Below are positions 27,448-36,919 of a DNA stretch of 52,402 bases, in pieces. Source of the stretch: Candidatus Zambryskiibacteriota bacterium (GTDB taxonomy: Bacteria; Patescibacteriota; Minisyncoccia; Phycocordibacterales; Zambryskibacteraceae). The notes under the pieces are model-generated. The model was not told the origin of the DNA, made no database searches, and saw only the letters and a program-made list of their open reading frames with translations. Both the position numbers and the translations under genes were made by a program. The stretch's first letter is position 1. The number at the start of each line of letters is the position of its first letter. Location: positions 1 to 52,402 of the forward strand of contig SICR01000001.1 in the NCBI GenBank assembly GCA_009691335.1. The letters are read 5' to 3'.

Positions 27448-27516
27448 GTCTTACCTAAATAAGTCTCATCCAAGTAGTTCTTACCCAAATGAGTCTTAGC
27501 TGAGTCTTACCTGAAT
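27446..27516. repeat. Degenerate ~15-nt tandem array (RAGTCTTACCNAAAT-like, 5 units)
   Basis: The units are aagtcttacctaaat, aagtctcatccaagt, agttcttacccaaat, gagtcttagct and gagtcttacctgaat. Confidence 0.7.
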
Positions 27517-27537
27517 GTCACCCAGGGAATCTGGTGT

Positions 27538-27576
27538 ATACGTTGATTATGTCCTAATAGGACATAATCAACGTAT
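27538..27576. terminator. Perfect 18-bp hairpin between convergent lysS and thrS
   Basis: atacgttgattatgtcct pairs with aggacataatcaacgtat across a 3-nt loop. Confidence 0.75.
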
Positions 27577-27602
27577 GGCCATATACATATCTGCATATGT
27601 AC

Positions 27603-27630
27603 TATGCAGTATGTAGTATGCGGTATGCAG
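27603..27630. repeat. Four tandem heptamers TATGYRG
   Basis: tatgcag tatgtag tatgcgg tatgcag, directly abutting the thrS stop codon. Confidence 0.8.
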
Positions 27631-28863
27631 TTATTTCTTCTCACTAATTTCTTTTTGTAGAGCGGACACTAATTCTTCGATATCTTGAGCACCGAGGTTA
27701 CCTTTATCACGGCTTTCGACAGTCACTTTGTTGTCCGCCACTTCTTTGTCACCGATGACGAGTGCGTAAGGGACCTTTTCAGTTTTATAGTTGCGGATTT
27801 TCTTCCCTAGAGTTTCGTCGGAAGTATCGAGTTCCACTCGGATATCCGTGGCCCTCAATGCGTCCATTATTTCGGTTGCATAGGCGAAATGGGATTCACC
27901 AATGGGGAGAATCTTTACTTGCACAGGTGCAAGCCAGAGAGGGAAGGCGCCGGCATATTTCTCGATAAGGAAAGCCATAATGCGCTCCATAGCACCGATA
28001 GATGAGCGATGTACGACAAAGGCCGAATGTTCCTTACCATCCTCACCAATATATTTGAGATCAAATCGATGAGGGGAAGATAGGTCGTATTGAACGGTGA
28101 ATGCCGTATCTTCTTTACCATTGGCATTTTTCATATTGATATCGATCTTCGGTCCATAGAAAGCAGCATCGTCTTTTGCTTCAGTAAATGATGCTCCACG
28201 TCTTTTCATAGATTCTCGGAGAAGGTTTTCTGCTTTATCCCAGCCGGCATCATCTTTGTAATATTTCTCGGTATTCTTTCGGTCACCCATGGAGAGTGTA
28301 TACCAATAATCTTTACCCATCTCTAGTCCAAAGATAGTGTTTACAAACTCTATCAGGTCGAGAGCTTTACCTATTTCATCAACAGCTTGCTCCTCGTTTT
28401 TGCAGATAATGTGTGCATCTGAGAGGCAGAATGAACGTACACGTAGAAGCCCCATAAGTTCACCAGATTGCTCGTAGCGATATAGATTGGCAAGTTCAGC
28501 GATGCGCATAGGCAGGTCGCGATAAGAACGTGGCTTAGTGAGATAAAGTTCGAAGTGATGCGGGCATGTCATCGGTCTAAGCATGTATTCTTCGTCATCG
28601 ATGATGATAGGTGCATACATTTTATCTTTATACATCGGGTAATGCCCAGATTTTTTGTATAGATCGAGTTTGGCGATGTCAGGAGTACGGACATGGAGGT
28701 ATCCGCGGCGAATCTCTTCGTCCACGATGAAACGCTCTAGTTCGCGGCGCACTGTAGCCCCCTTAGGGAGCCAGAGAGGGAGGCCCTTACCGACAGTATC
28801 GGAAAAGGTAAAGAGTTCAAGCTCTTTACCTAATTTCTTATGATCTCTTTCAGATTCAGACAT
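27631..28863 (-). CDS. thrS: Threonyl-tRNA synthetase, catalytic core plus anticodon-binding domain only
   Basis: It begins at the RDHKKLGKELELF junction that normally follows the N-terminal TGS and editing domains. Class II motifs are present; 410 aa. Confidence 0.85.
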   Translation of the reverse strand: MSESERDHKKLGKELELFTFSDTVGKGLPLWLPKGATVRRELERFIVDEEIRRGYLHVRTPDIAKLDLYKKSGHYPMYKDKMYAPIIIDDEEYMLRPMTCPHHFELYLTKPRSYRDLPMRIAELANLYRYEQSGELMGLLRVRSFCLSDAHIICKNEEQAVDEIGKALDLIEFVNTIFGLEMGKDYWYTLSMGDRKNTEKYYKDDAGWDKAENLLRESMKRRGASFTEAKDDAAFYGPKIDINMKNANGKEDTAFTVQYDLSSPHRFDLKYIGEDGKEHSAFVVHRSSIGAMERIMAFLIEKYAGAFPLWLAPVQVKILPIGESHFAYATEIMDALRATDIRVELDTSDETLGKKIRNYKTEKVPYALVIGDKEVADNKVTVESRDKGNLGAQDIEELVSALQKEISEKK

Positions 28864-28960
28864 AAATAAAATAATATCAGTAAAAATGGCTTATTTAAAG
28901 CTGGAAGTTATATTTGACGATACATAGAATATAAGTTGTCATTTTGAATAGATGACACGA

Positions 28961-31900
28961 TCATAATGCTTTAATCTTTTCCGCAATGAATGATGTTTCG
29001 CCTTTACGCTTACTGACCTTACCCTTGATGGCGATACAGGTGTCCGGTTTGATAAATTCCTTAAACTCGTTATAGACACGAGGGAAGATGGCTACTTCTA
29101 TGGAGCCGGAAAAGTCGGCGAGCTTCATAAAGACCATCTGCTCGTTATTCTTGGTGGTGACAGCCCTTGCTTCTTCTACGATACCACCAATGACCACTTC
29201 GGTGTTCTCACGGAATTCTGTGAGTTTCTTGATATTGATTTCTTTGTCTGCAAACTTTTCTTTGTAAGCATCGAGAGGATGACCGGAAACATAGAGACCC
29301 AAGAGTTCTTTCTCCCAAGATAACCTGTCTTTCATAGTAGCCTCAGGAGCTGTCTGGAGATGTAATGTTGGCAAGCTATTTGGGTCTTCTATAAGTCCGA
29401 ACAAAGAATTCTGGTTTTCAGAAGTATTGAGTCTTTCTCGGTGATAGTGCAAGAGTGTCTCGATGTTGGCTAGAAGATGACCTCGTTCTCCGAATTCGCT
29501 CAAAGCTCCAGATTTTATAAGAGATTCTAAAGATTTTTTATTCAAATTTTTATCTTTGATGCGGTCTAGGAAGTCAGCCAAGCTCACAAATCTTCCGGCA
29601 CGTTTGCGTTCGGCAGTAATTGCGCTTGAAATTCCTTGTCCAAAGTTCTTGATAGTTGTCAGTCCGAAGCGAATGTTGTACTTGGCGGTTTCACCGCCAA
29701 GTGGGATTACGCTAAACTGAGAGAAGCTTTCATTGACCGATGGTGGCAGGACGTCTATTTTCATACGTTTACATTCGTTGACCATGATGCCGATAGTTTT
29801 TATATCTCCAGACTCTGCAGTCAGAACTGCGGACATGTAGATAGCGGGGAAGTTAGCCTTTAGATAAGCGGTGACATAGGCGATATGACCATAACTTGCC
29901 GCATGTGCCTTGTTGAAACCGTATCCTTGAAAGGGGACGAAGAGATCCCAGAGTGCCTCGGCTTTCTCCCTCGCCATTTTGCCGTGGGTAATGCATCCTT
30001 GTACAAACATCATATGCTGTTTCTTCATTTCCTCCGGAATCTTTTTGCCTACGGCTTTGCGGAATTTATCCACTTCTCCCCATGAGTATCCGGCTACCTC
30101 TATTGCAGTCATGAGCAGGTCATCCTGGTAGACGAGTACACCATAAGTTGGCTCAAGAAAGTTCTTCATCTTGGGATGCATAAATGTTACCGGTTTTCTA
30201 CCGTGCTTTCTGGCAATGTATTCGTTGATATTATCCATCGGTCCAGGGCGGTATAGAGCGACCATGACGTTGATGTCATGTATGACAGTGGGTTTGAGAT
30301 CCATTATCGCTCTGGTCATTCCGGAACCATTCATTTGAAAAGTGCCTTCCGTCTCTCCGCGCGTCAGCATCTCATAAGTTTTTTTGTCATCGAGCGGTAT
30401 TTGTTCGATAGACAATTCTTTGCCCTCAATTTTTTTGAGTCGCTCCAAGGTGTCAGCGATGATGGCGAGGTTTCTGATTCCCAAGAAGTCAAATTTAAGA
30501 AGTCCGGCTTCTTCTATGGAATACATATCGTACTGGGTAATGATTTTCTGCTCACCCTTAGTGTCGTATTGTAAAGCTGTGTATTCGGTCAAAGGTTTGG
30601 GGGAGATGACTACTCCAGCAGCATGGACGGAGATGTGGCGGGCATTGCCTTCAATCTTTTGGGCCATATCTAGAACTGCCTTAGAGTCTGCATCACTGTC
30701 ATACAAATTTTTGAGCTCTGGTGATTCTTTGAAAGCACGTTTGATAGTCATCGGGAATCCTTGCACACCGAGTGGAATCAACTTGGCGATATTGTCGCCA
30801 AGTTGATAAGGAAAACCCAATGCTCGAGTAACATCTCGCACCGCACCACGAGCCATCATGGTGCCGAAGGTACCGATCTGGGCCACATGATTCCGGCCAT
30901 ATTTCTCTCGAGCATACTCCATCAATTCATCGCGCCTGTTGTCGGCAATGTCGATGTCAATATCAGGCGGGGAAGGTCGGTCTGGATTGAGGAAGCGCTC
31001 GAATGGCAAGGCATATTTGATAGGATTTACGGTAGTAATACCAGAAAGGTAGGTAACGATAGAGCCTGCGGCCGAACCTCTAGTGTTGGTAAGGATGCCG
31101 TTTCTGTGCGCATGGCGTAGTAAGTCTGCAGTTACTAAGAAGTAGGGTGTATATCCCTTGTCTTTGATAACCTTCAACTCGTATTCTATGCGACTGGTCG
31201 TCTCTGGTGTCTCTTCCATACCGCGCTCGCTTAATCCCGCATAGACCAGAGAACGAAGCTCTTCGTCATGGCTCTTATCGTTACCGACAATATAGTTGGG
31301 GAAGACCCAGTGGCCGAGGTATAGGGTGAGGTTGCATCTCTCGACAATTTTTTCTACATTTGTGATGGCTTCGGGATTATCTTTGTAATCTTCCTCTACC
31401 TCTTTGAGTGAACGGAAATGAAGATCCTGATCCTCGTCGAAGTTGCTACGGTTCAAATGTTCTTGGATAGAGAGAATAGTATTGAGAGCTGGTCGGTCTT
31501 CTTGATCAAGATAGCGAGTATTATATATGGCGAGCATCTTCTCTAAATAAAATCTGTCTTTGAAAATTTCTCGATAGTATTTTTCTTCTTTGGCTATGGC
31601 GATGAGTCCTTCGTTATATTTCTCAAGTAATTCACGATCTACACGAGGCTTGTAGTAGAAACCATCAAGATAAGACGCTGTGACAAGATTCATAAGGTTG
31701 TGATATCCGGAAACATTTTCTGCCAGAAGGATAAGACGAGTCCTCTGATTGTCTATGTGAGCCTCCTTGTCGCCACTAGTGCGGAGAGCAACATAGAAAT
31801 CCACTCCAATGATGGGTTTAATATCTTGTGCCAAACACTCTTTATAAAACTCGATGGCCCCGTATAGATTGCCAGAATCGGTTAGAGCCAGAGCCTTCAT

Positions 31901-32011
31901 CCCGGCTTTCTTGGCAGCATTCACTAACTCTGGAATCTTCGGCAGTGCCTCTAGGAGTGAGTAATGCGAATGGGTGTTAAGGTGGGCGAAATTGAGTTTT
32001 TTGGAGGTCAT
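28961..32011 (-). CDS. dnaE: DNA polymerase III alpha subunit
   Basis: PHP domain N-terminus (HLNTHSHYSLLEA), DIDIDI motif, GYGFNKAHAASY and an OB-fold C-terminus; 1016 aa. Confidence 0.95.
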   Translation of the reverse strand: MTSKKLNFAHLNTHSHYSLLEALPKIPELVNAAKKAGMKALALTDSGNLYGAIEFYKECLAQDIKPIIGVDFYVALRTSGDKEAHIDNQRTRLILLAENVSGYHNLMNLVTASYLDGFYYKPRVDRELLEKYNEGLIAIAKEEKYYREIFKDRFYLEKMLAIYNTRYLDQEDRPALNTILSIQEHLNRSNFDEDQDLHFRSLKEVEEDYKDNPEAITNVEKIVERCNLTLYLGHWVFPNYIVGNDKSHDEELRSLVYAGLSERGMEETPETTSRIEYELKVIKDKGYTPYFLVTADLLRHAHRNGILTNTRGSAAGSIVTYLSGITTVNPIKYALPFERFLNPDRPSPPDIDIDIADNRRDELMEYAREKYGRNHVAQIGTFGTMMARGAVRDVTRALGFPYQLGDNIAKLIPLGVQGFPMTIKRAFKESPELKNLYDSDADSKAVLDMAQKIEGNARHISVHAAGVVISPKPLTEYTALQYDTKGEQKIITQYDMYSIEEAGLLKFDFLGIRNLAIIADTLERLKKIEGKELSIEQIPLDDKKTYEMLTRGETEGTFQMNGSGMTRAIMDLKPTVIHDINVMVALYRPGPMDNINEYIARKHGRKPVTFMHPKMKNFLEPTYGVLVYQDDLLMTAIEVAGYSWGEVDKFRKAVGKKIPEEMKKQHMMFVQGCITHGKMAREKAEALWDLFVPFQGYGFNKAHAASYGHIAYVTAYLKANFPAIYMSAVLTAESGDIKTIGIMVNECKRMKIDVLPPSVNESFSQFSVIPLGGETAKYNIRFGLTTIKNFGQGISSAITAERKRAGRFVSLADFLDRIKDKNLNKKSLESLIKSGALSEFGERGHLLANIETLLHYHRERLNTSENQNSLFGLIEDPNSLPTLHLQTAPEATMKDRLSWEKELLGLYVSGHPLDAYKEKFADKEINIKKLTEFRENTEVVIGGIVEEARAVTTKNNEQMVFMKLADFSGSIEVAIFPRVYNEFKEFIKPDTCIAIKGKVSKRKGETSFIAEKIKAL

Positions 32012-32099
32012 CGATGGCGGAATTATATCACGTCGGCTGTGTATAGAAATTAAATTAACATAAGCTTAACCCTTCGCATTTTCTGATACAATAGATGTA

Positions 32100-32714
32100 A
32101 TGCAGATGATAGTCGGTATTGACGAAGCGGGTCGCGGACCATTGGCTGGACCTGTTGCTGTCGGAGCGGTTTCTATCCCAGCTGATTTCAACCATACTTT
32201 GCCAAAGTTACGAGGGGTATGTAAAAAGTTTTTTAAAGGTATTCGCGATTCCAAACAACTGACTCTCAAAGAGCGAGAATTATGGTTCTCTCTTGCGATA
32301 GAAGCGAGGCGAAGGGGGGAGTTGAACTTCTCTGTTTCTCTTGTATCAGAAAAGATTATAGATAAACACGGCATTTCTTATGCTCTTTGTCTCGGAATAA
32401 AAAGATGCATCTCTAAACTCAATATTGGAGAGAATTCCCAGATCTTTCTGGATGGGGCACTCAAGGCTCCGGAGAAATTCAAGCACCAACTCACGGTTAT
32501 AAGAGGGGATGAGAAGATTCCAGTTATTTCACTTGCAAGTATTTGCGCCAAGGTCATTCGCGACAGGAAGATGGTAAGGCTTTCTAAGAAATTCCCGGAA
32601 TTCAATTTCCATATCCACAAAGGTTACGGGACAAAGATGCATCTAGGCGCTCTCCATAAGTATGGCAGAACAGAGCTACACCGCTTGAGTTTCTTGAGTA
32701 ATGTGATAAAGTAA
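32100..32714 (+). CDS. rnhB: Ribonuclease HII
   Basis: GIDEAGRGPLAGPV N-terminal motif and a HKGYGT motif. Confidence 0.9.
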   Translation: MQMIVGIDEAGRGPLAGPVAVGAVSIPADFNHTLPKLRGVCKKFFKGIRDSKQLTLKERELWFSLAIEARRRGELNFSVSLVSEKIIDKHGISYALCLGIKRCISKLNIGENSQIFLDGALKAPEKFKHQLTVIRGDEKIPVISLASICAKVIRDRKMVRLSKKFPEFNFHIHKGYGTKMHLGALHKYGRTELHRLSFLSNVIK

Positions 32715-32718
32715 AGCC

Positions 32719-32940
32719 ATGGTTGTACGAATGAGGCATACGAGGAGTCATACGAAGAACAGGCGTTCCCACCACGCTTTGGCGAAGCCTGCTATCTCTA
32801 AAGATGAATCAGGCAATGCTCATTTGCGACACCGGATTTCCAAATTAACTGGTAGTTATCGAGGTAGGAAGGTTATTGATATGACCGCCAAGCTTGACAA
32901 GAGGGCAGCTAAGGCCACCGTCGCAGGGTCTGCTCGTTAA
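32719..32940 (+). CDS. rpmF: 50S ribosomal protein L32 with a C-terminal extension
   Basis: RHTRSHTKNRRSHHAL and HLRHRIS...YRGRKVI match the L32 core. Confidence 0.8.
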   Translation: MVVRMRHTRSHTKNRRSHHALAKPAISKDESGNAHLRHRISKLTGSYRGRKVIDMTAKLDKRAAKATVAGSAR

Positions 32941-32971
32941 AAGTTTTAAACATTCGTTCTTTAGGTTCTTT

Positions 32972-33901
32972 ATGTCGCAACGACATCTTTCACGTTCAGT
33001 TGTTCTACAGTCCCTATTTGAATGGGATTTTCCTTCGAATGGTTCAGGACAAGTGAAGAAGGAAGAAGAAGTTTTTCCAATATTTGAAAAAAATGTTCGC
33101 GAGTTTGCTCCAGGTACGCACGACAAGCCGTTTATGGAGAATCTCTTGAAACTTGTGTTAAACAAGAAGAATGATCTGGACACTTTGATAGAAAAGGCGG
33201 CTCCCGATTGGCCTATAGATAAAATCGCTCCTGTGGATCGCAATATCTTGCGCATCGGTTTGGCCGAACTTCTTTTCTCGGACAGGAAGGAAGTGCCGCC
33301 GAAAGTAGCTATCAATGAAGCCATTGAACTTGCTAAGCAATTCGGTGGGGATACTTCCGGCAAGTTCGTCAACGGTGTTCTTGGTGCCGTTTATAAAGAG
33401 ATGGGAGAGCCGGGCAAGAATGACACCAATAAGACTAAGAAGAAGTATGGCAATGTTCCATTGGATCAGCTTCCGGTAGAGAAGCTTGTCGGAGCGGTAG
33501 TTTATGCCAAGCACAATGGTGATACTTATCTGGCCTTAGTTCATGATGTCTTCGGCCATTGGACTTTGACTAAAGGTAGGCTAAATGGGCAGGAGAGCGA
33601 TGAAGAATGTTTGAAGAGAAAGGTGCCTTTGGAACTAGGAGTTCCCATAGAGATCAAGGAAGGTGTGGGCAGTAATTCGTATGCCACCTTCCATCCGGAA
33701 AAAGGCAAAGTGAAGAAAGAAATTAATTACTATCTTGCCGAAGCACCATTTAAAGATTTGACTCTAGAAAACAAAGAAGAGAAGGGCGGTCTCGATGATG
33801 TTAGATGGTTCAAACTTGTCGACATCCTTGACCTAAACTTTTATGATGATATTCTGCCGGTTGTGACCAAGGCCTTAACAAGGCTTGCGGAAATGAAATA
33901 A
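32972..33901 (+). CDS. nusB: NusB antitermination factor fused to a degenerate Nudix-like C-terminal domain
   Basis: NusB core (RSVVLQSLFEWDF ... VDRNILRIGLAELLF ... VAINEAIELAKQFG...FVNGVLG), followed by ~150 aa containing GRLNGQESDEECLKRKVPLELGV. The ATG at 32972 was chosen as the start. Confidence 0.7.
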   Translation: MSQRHLSRSVVLQSLFEWDFPSNGSGQVKKEEEVFPIFEKNVREFAPGTHDKPFMENLLKLVLNKKNDLDTLIEKAAPDWPIDKIAPVDRNILRIGLAELLFSDRKEVPPKVAINEAIELAKQFGGDTSGKFVNGVLGAVYKEMGEPGKNDTNKTKKKYGNVPLDQLPVEKLVGAVVYAKHNGDTYLALVHDVFGHWTLTKGRLNGQESDEECLKRKVPLELGVPIEIKEGVGSNSYATFHPEKGKVKKEINYYLAEAPFKDLTLENKEEKGGLDDVRWFKLVDILDLNFYDDILPVVTKALTRLAEMK

Positions 33902-33913
33902 ACAGTAAACAGA

Positions 33914-34603
33914 ATGGACTTTAGTAAATTTGAAGAAAACGCGGGGGTAAAGTTTAGAGACGCCAACATTTTGCGCCAAGCTTTTACGCACCGCTCTTAT
34001 ATAAATGAGAACAGGGGTTCCGGTTTGGAACACAACGAACGCTTGGAATTCTTGGGGGATGCAGTTCTTGAACTTGTCATTACCGATTATCTTTATAATC
34101 GTCTAAAAGATTCTGCGGAAGGCGAGATGACTTCGCTTCGTTCGGCACTTGTTAATGCCGATACCTGTGCCAAGGTGGCTACGACTTTAGGAGCCAATGA
34201 TTTCCTTCTTTTATCTAAAGGCGAGTCGAAAGATACTGGCCGAGCGCGACAATATATTCTTGCCAACACTCTTGAAGCTGTCATCGGGGCAATTTATGTA
34301 GACCAAAATTATGAGGTGGCAAAAAACTTCATCCTTACTCATATGGTGCCTTTGATGGAAGATATTCTTAAATCTGGGACTTGGATAGATGCCAAATCTC
34401 TTTTCCAAGAAAGGGCTCAGGAAATCATAGGGCACACTCCAGTGTATAAAACCATAAAGGAAAGTGGTCCAGATCACGATAGGCACTTCACCGTCAGTGT
34501 CTCAGTTGGCAACGAAGTTTACGGCCAAGGCGATGGCAAATCCAAACAAGACGCAGAACAAGAAGCGGCAAAGGATGCATTAGAGAAGAAAGGCTGGAAA
34601 TAA
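33914..34603 (+). CDS. rnc: Ribonuclease III
   Basis: NERLEFLGDAVL signature and a C-terminal dsRBD (PDHDRHFTVSV...GKSKQDAEQEAA). Confidence 0.9.
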   Translation: MDFSKFEENAGVKFRDANILRQAFTHRSYINENRGSGLEHNERLEFLGDAVLELVITDYLYNRLKDSAEGEMTSLRSALVNADTCAKVATTLGANDFLLLSKGESKDTGRARQYILANTLEAVIGAIYVDQNYEVAKNFILTHMVPLMEDILKSGTWIDAKSLFQERAQEIIGHTPVYKTIKESGPDHDRHFTVSVSVGNEVYGQGDGKSKQDAEQEAAKDALEKKGWK

Positions 34604-34621
34604 TTTGATAAACTGTAAGAA

Positions 34622-36847
34622 ATGTATTTGAAATCGATAGAATTATCGGGCTTTAAATCTTTTTCCAAGAAGAATAGTTTTGAATTCAATACCCCGATCT
34701 CTTCTATTGTCGGGCCGAATGGCTCTGGGAAGAGTAATGTGGCGGAAGCCTTTCGGTTTGTGCTTGGTGAACAATCTATCAAGAGTATGCGTGGTAAGCG
34801 TGGCGAGGATCTTATCTGGAACGGTGCCGGTACGGAACCTCGAGCCAACAGAGCGTCGGTTAAGGTAACCTTTGATAATACCCGCAAGGTTTTCGACCTT
34901 GACTTTACAGAAGTAACTGTCGAGCGCATAGTTCATCGTGACGGGCTCAATGAATATTTAATTAATAATTCTCTTGTAAGGCTCAAGGATATTGTCGAAC
35001 TTCTTGCTCGTGCGCATATTGGAGCTTCTGGCCACCACATAATTTCTCAGGGTGAAGCAGACAAGATAATTTCTGCTACTGCCAAGGACCGCAAAAGTAT
35101 GGTCGAAGATGCCCTAGGTCTGAAACTTTATCAATATAAGAGAGTTGAGAGTGAGAGGAAGCTTAAGAAAACTTTTGAGAACATCGGTCAGGTAGAAGCC
35201 TTACGCAAAGAAATTGCTCCTCATCTCAAATTTCTTAAAAAGCAGGTAGAAAAACTGCAGATATCAGAGAGACTGCGAGAGGAACTTATTACATCGGCTA
35301 AAGAATATTTCAAACGTGAAGAAAATTACCTTTCTGCCACAAAGGCTGATATTGAAACAGAGAGAAAACCATTGGATATTTCTTTGGAGAAACTTCATAC
35401 CGAACTTTCCGAGGCTAAAAAGACTTTGGCAGAGAGCGGTAAGAAAGAGAAGAAAGAATATTTGATACTCGAACTAGAGAAAGAACTTTCCTATACTCGT
35501 GTGCTCAAAGATGCTTTGGGCCGTGATTTTGGCAAGGCGGAAGGTCTTATCGATGCGCAGGGTCGTATTATCAAGAAGCAACAAGAATTTGCAGCATCGA
35601 ATGGACACAAGGTCATTTCTTTGACAGATGTTGAAGCTTTGTATAAAGAGATCGAAATAGAGAAAGATGAGCCGGGAGTCTTTGAAAAAATTAAGAATAA
35701 ATTCTTTAATTTTTTAGAGAGCAAACGTGAAAATTTGGATTCTAATGTGATAGCTGAGGCTAAAAATGTTTTAAAAGAACTAGAGATCGAGAAAGCAGAG
35801 GTAGAAAAGAAGCTTATGGAGTCTCAAGAGAAAGAAAAGAAGCTAGAAACAGACTACGAGAGTTTGAAAAAGGATGTAGAGAAAGCAAAAGATTCAGACA
35901 ATAGCGCCCAGATAGCGGTATTCCGCATTATGTCGGAAGAAAATGAGATTATTTCAGATCTCAATATGCTGAAGCTTCGAGAAGATGCATTGAAGAGTTC
36001 CGAAGAATATTTTAAGCGAGAATTAGAAGAATTAGGACATTTGACTGGCAGTGAGGTCCTTCATTTCCAGAATCTTGTGGTTGATGACGAAAACAATCAC
36101 ACTTTGCAAAAGCTACGAGGGGCTCAGGAAGAGCGTAAGCGCTTGATTGAGAAATTGAAGATAAGGTTGGAGGATTCCAATATGGCTGGAAGCGAAGATG
36201 TGTTGAGGGAGTACCGCGAGACCTCCGAGCGTGATGAGTTTTTGAATCGTGAACTTCTAGACTTAGAAAAGTCGGCAGAAACGCTCAAAGACTTGATAAA
36301 TGATCTCGAGACTCGTTTGGCGGTAGAGTTTAAGGCAGGGTTAGAAAATATAAACAAAGAATTTGAGAAGCTTTTTTCAAAGATGTTTGGAGGCGGAGAG
36401 GCAGAGTTAATTTTGATCAAAGAAGATAAGTCCTCTATTGGAAGTGATGATCAAACAGGAGAAGACTTATCATCCGAACCTTTGGCGAAGGAGGAAGGTC
36501 TTGAAATAAAGATAAATCTACCAAGAAAGAAAATAAAAAGTTTGATGATGCTCTCGGGCGGGGAGAGAGCTTTGACTTCCATTGCTCTCATTTTTGCCAT
36601 ATCTGCCGTTAACCCACCACCATTTATCATCTTAGATGAAACTGATGCAGCGCTTGATGAAGCTAATTCGAAGAAATATGGAGATTTAGTCGAAATTCTT
36701 TCAGAATATTCTCAGCTTATTCTCATAACTCACAATCGCGAAACCATGAGTCGTGCTGGTGTTATCTATGGAGTGACCATGTCTGGTAATGGCGTTTCCA
36801 AAATTCTTTCGATATCTTTTGATGAAGCAGCGGAAGTGGCGAAATAA
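34622..36847 (+). CDS. smc: SMC-family chromosome partition ATPase, shortened (741 aa)
   Basis: GFKSF and GPNGSGKSN in the N-terminal head, LSGGERALTSIAL and ILDETDAALD in the C-terminal head. The middle is long and K/E-rich. Confidence 0.75.
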   Translation: MYLKSIELSGFKSFSKKNSFEFNTPISSIVGPNGSGKSNVAEAFRFVLGEQSIKSMRGKRGEDLIWNGAGTEPRANRASVKVTFDNTRKVFDLDFTEVTVERIVHRDGLNEYLINNSLVRLKDIVELLARAHIGASGHHIISQGEADKIISATAKDRKSMVEDALGLKLYQYKRVESERKLKKTFENIGQVEALRKEIAPHLKFLKKQVEKLQISERLREELITSAKEYFKREENYLSATKADIETERKPLDISLEKLHTELSEAKKTLAESGKKEKKEYLILELEKELSYTRVLKDALGRDFGKAEGLIDAQGRIIKKQQEFAASNGHKVISLTDVEALYKEIEIEKDEPGVFEKIKNKFFNFLESKRENLDSNVIAEAKNVLKELEIEKAEVEKKLMESQEKEKKLETDYESLKKDVEKAKDSDNSAQIAVFRIMSEENEIISDLNMLKLREDALKSSEEYFKRELEELGHLTGSEVLHFQNLVVDDENNHTLQKLRGAQEERKRLIEKLKIRLEDSNMAGSEDVLREYRETSERDEFLNRELLDLEKSAETLKDLINDLETRLAVEFKAGLENINKEFEKLFSKMFGGGEAELILIKEDKSSIGSDDQTGEDLSSEPLAKEEGLEIKINLPRKKIKSLMMLSGGERALTSIALIFAISAVNPPPFIILDETDAALDEANSKKYGDLVEILSEYSQLILITHNRETMSRAGVIYGVTMSGNGVSKILSISFDEAAEVAK

Positions 36848-36875
36848 AAATCCATACACTCAAACAAAATGTCTG

Positions 36876-36904
36876 AAGGTGTCAACCCGACAGGTTGACA
36901 CCTT
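36876..36904. terminator. Bidirectional hairpin terminator between smc and rnr
   Basis: aaggtgtcaacc pairs with ggttgacacctt across a 5-nt loop. Confidence 0.8.
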
Positions 36905-36919
36905 GTGTGTGCTCTCAAT

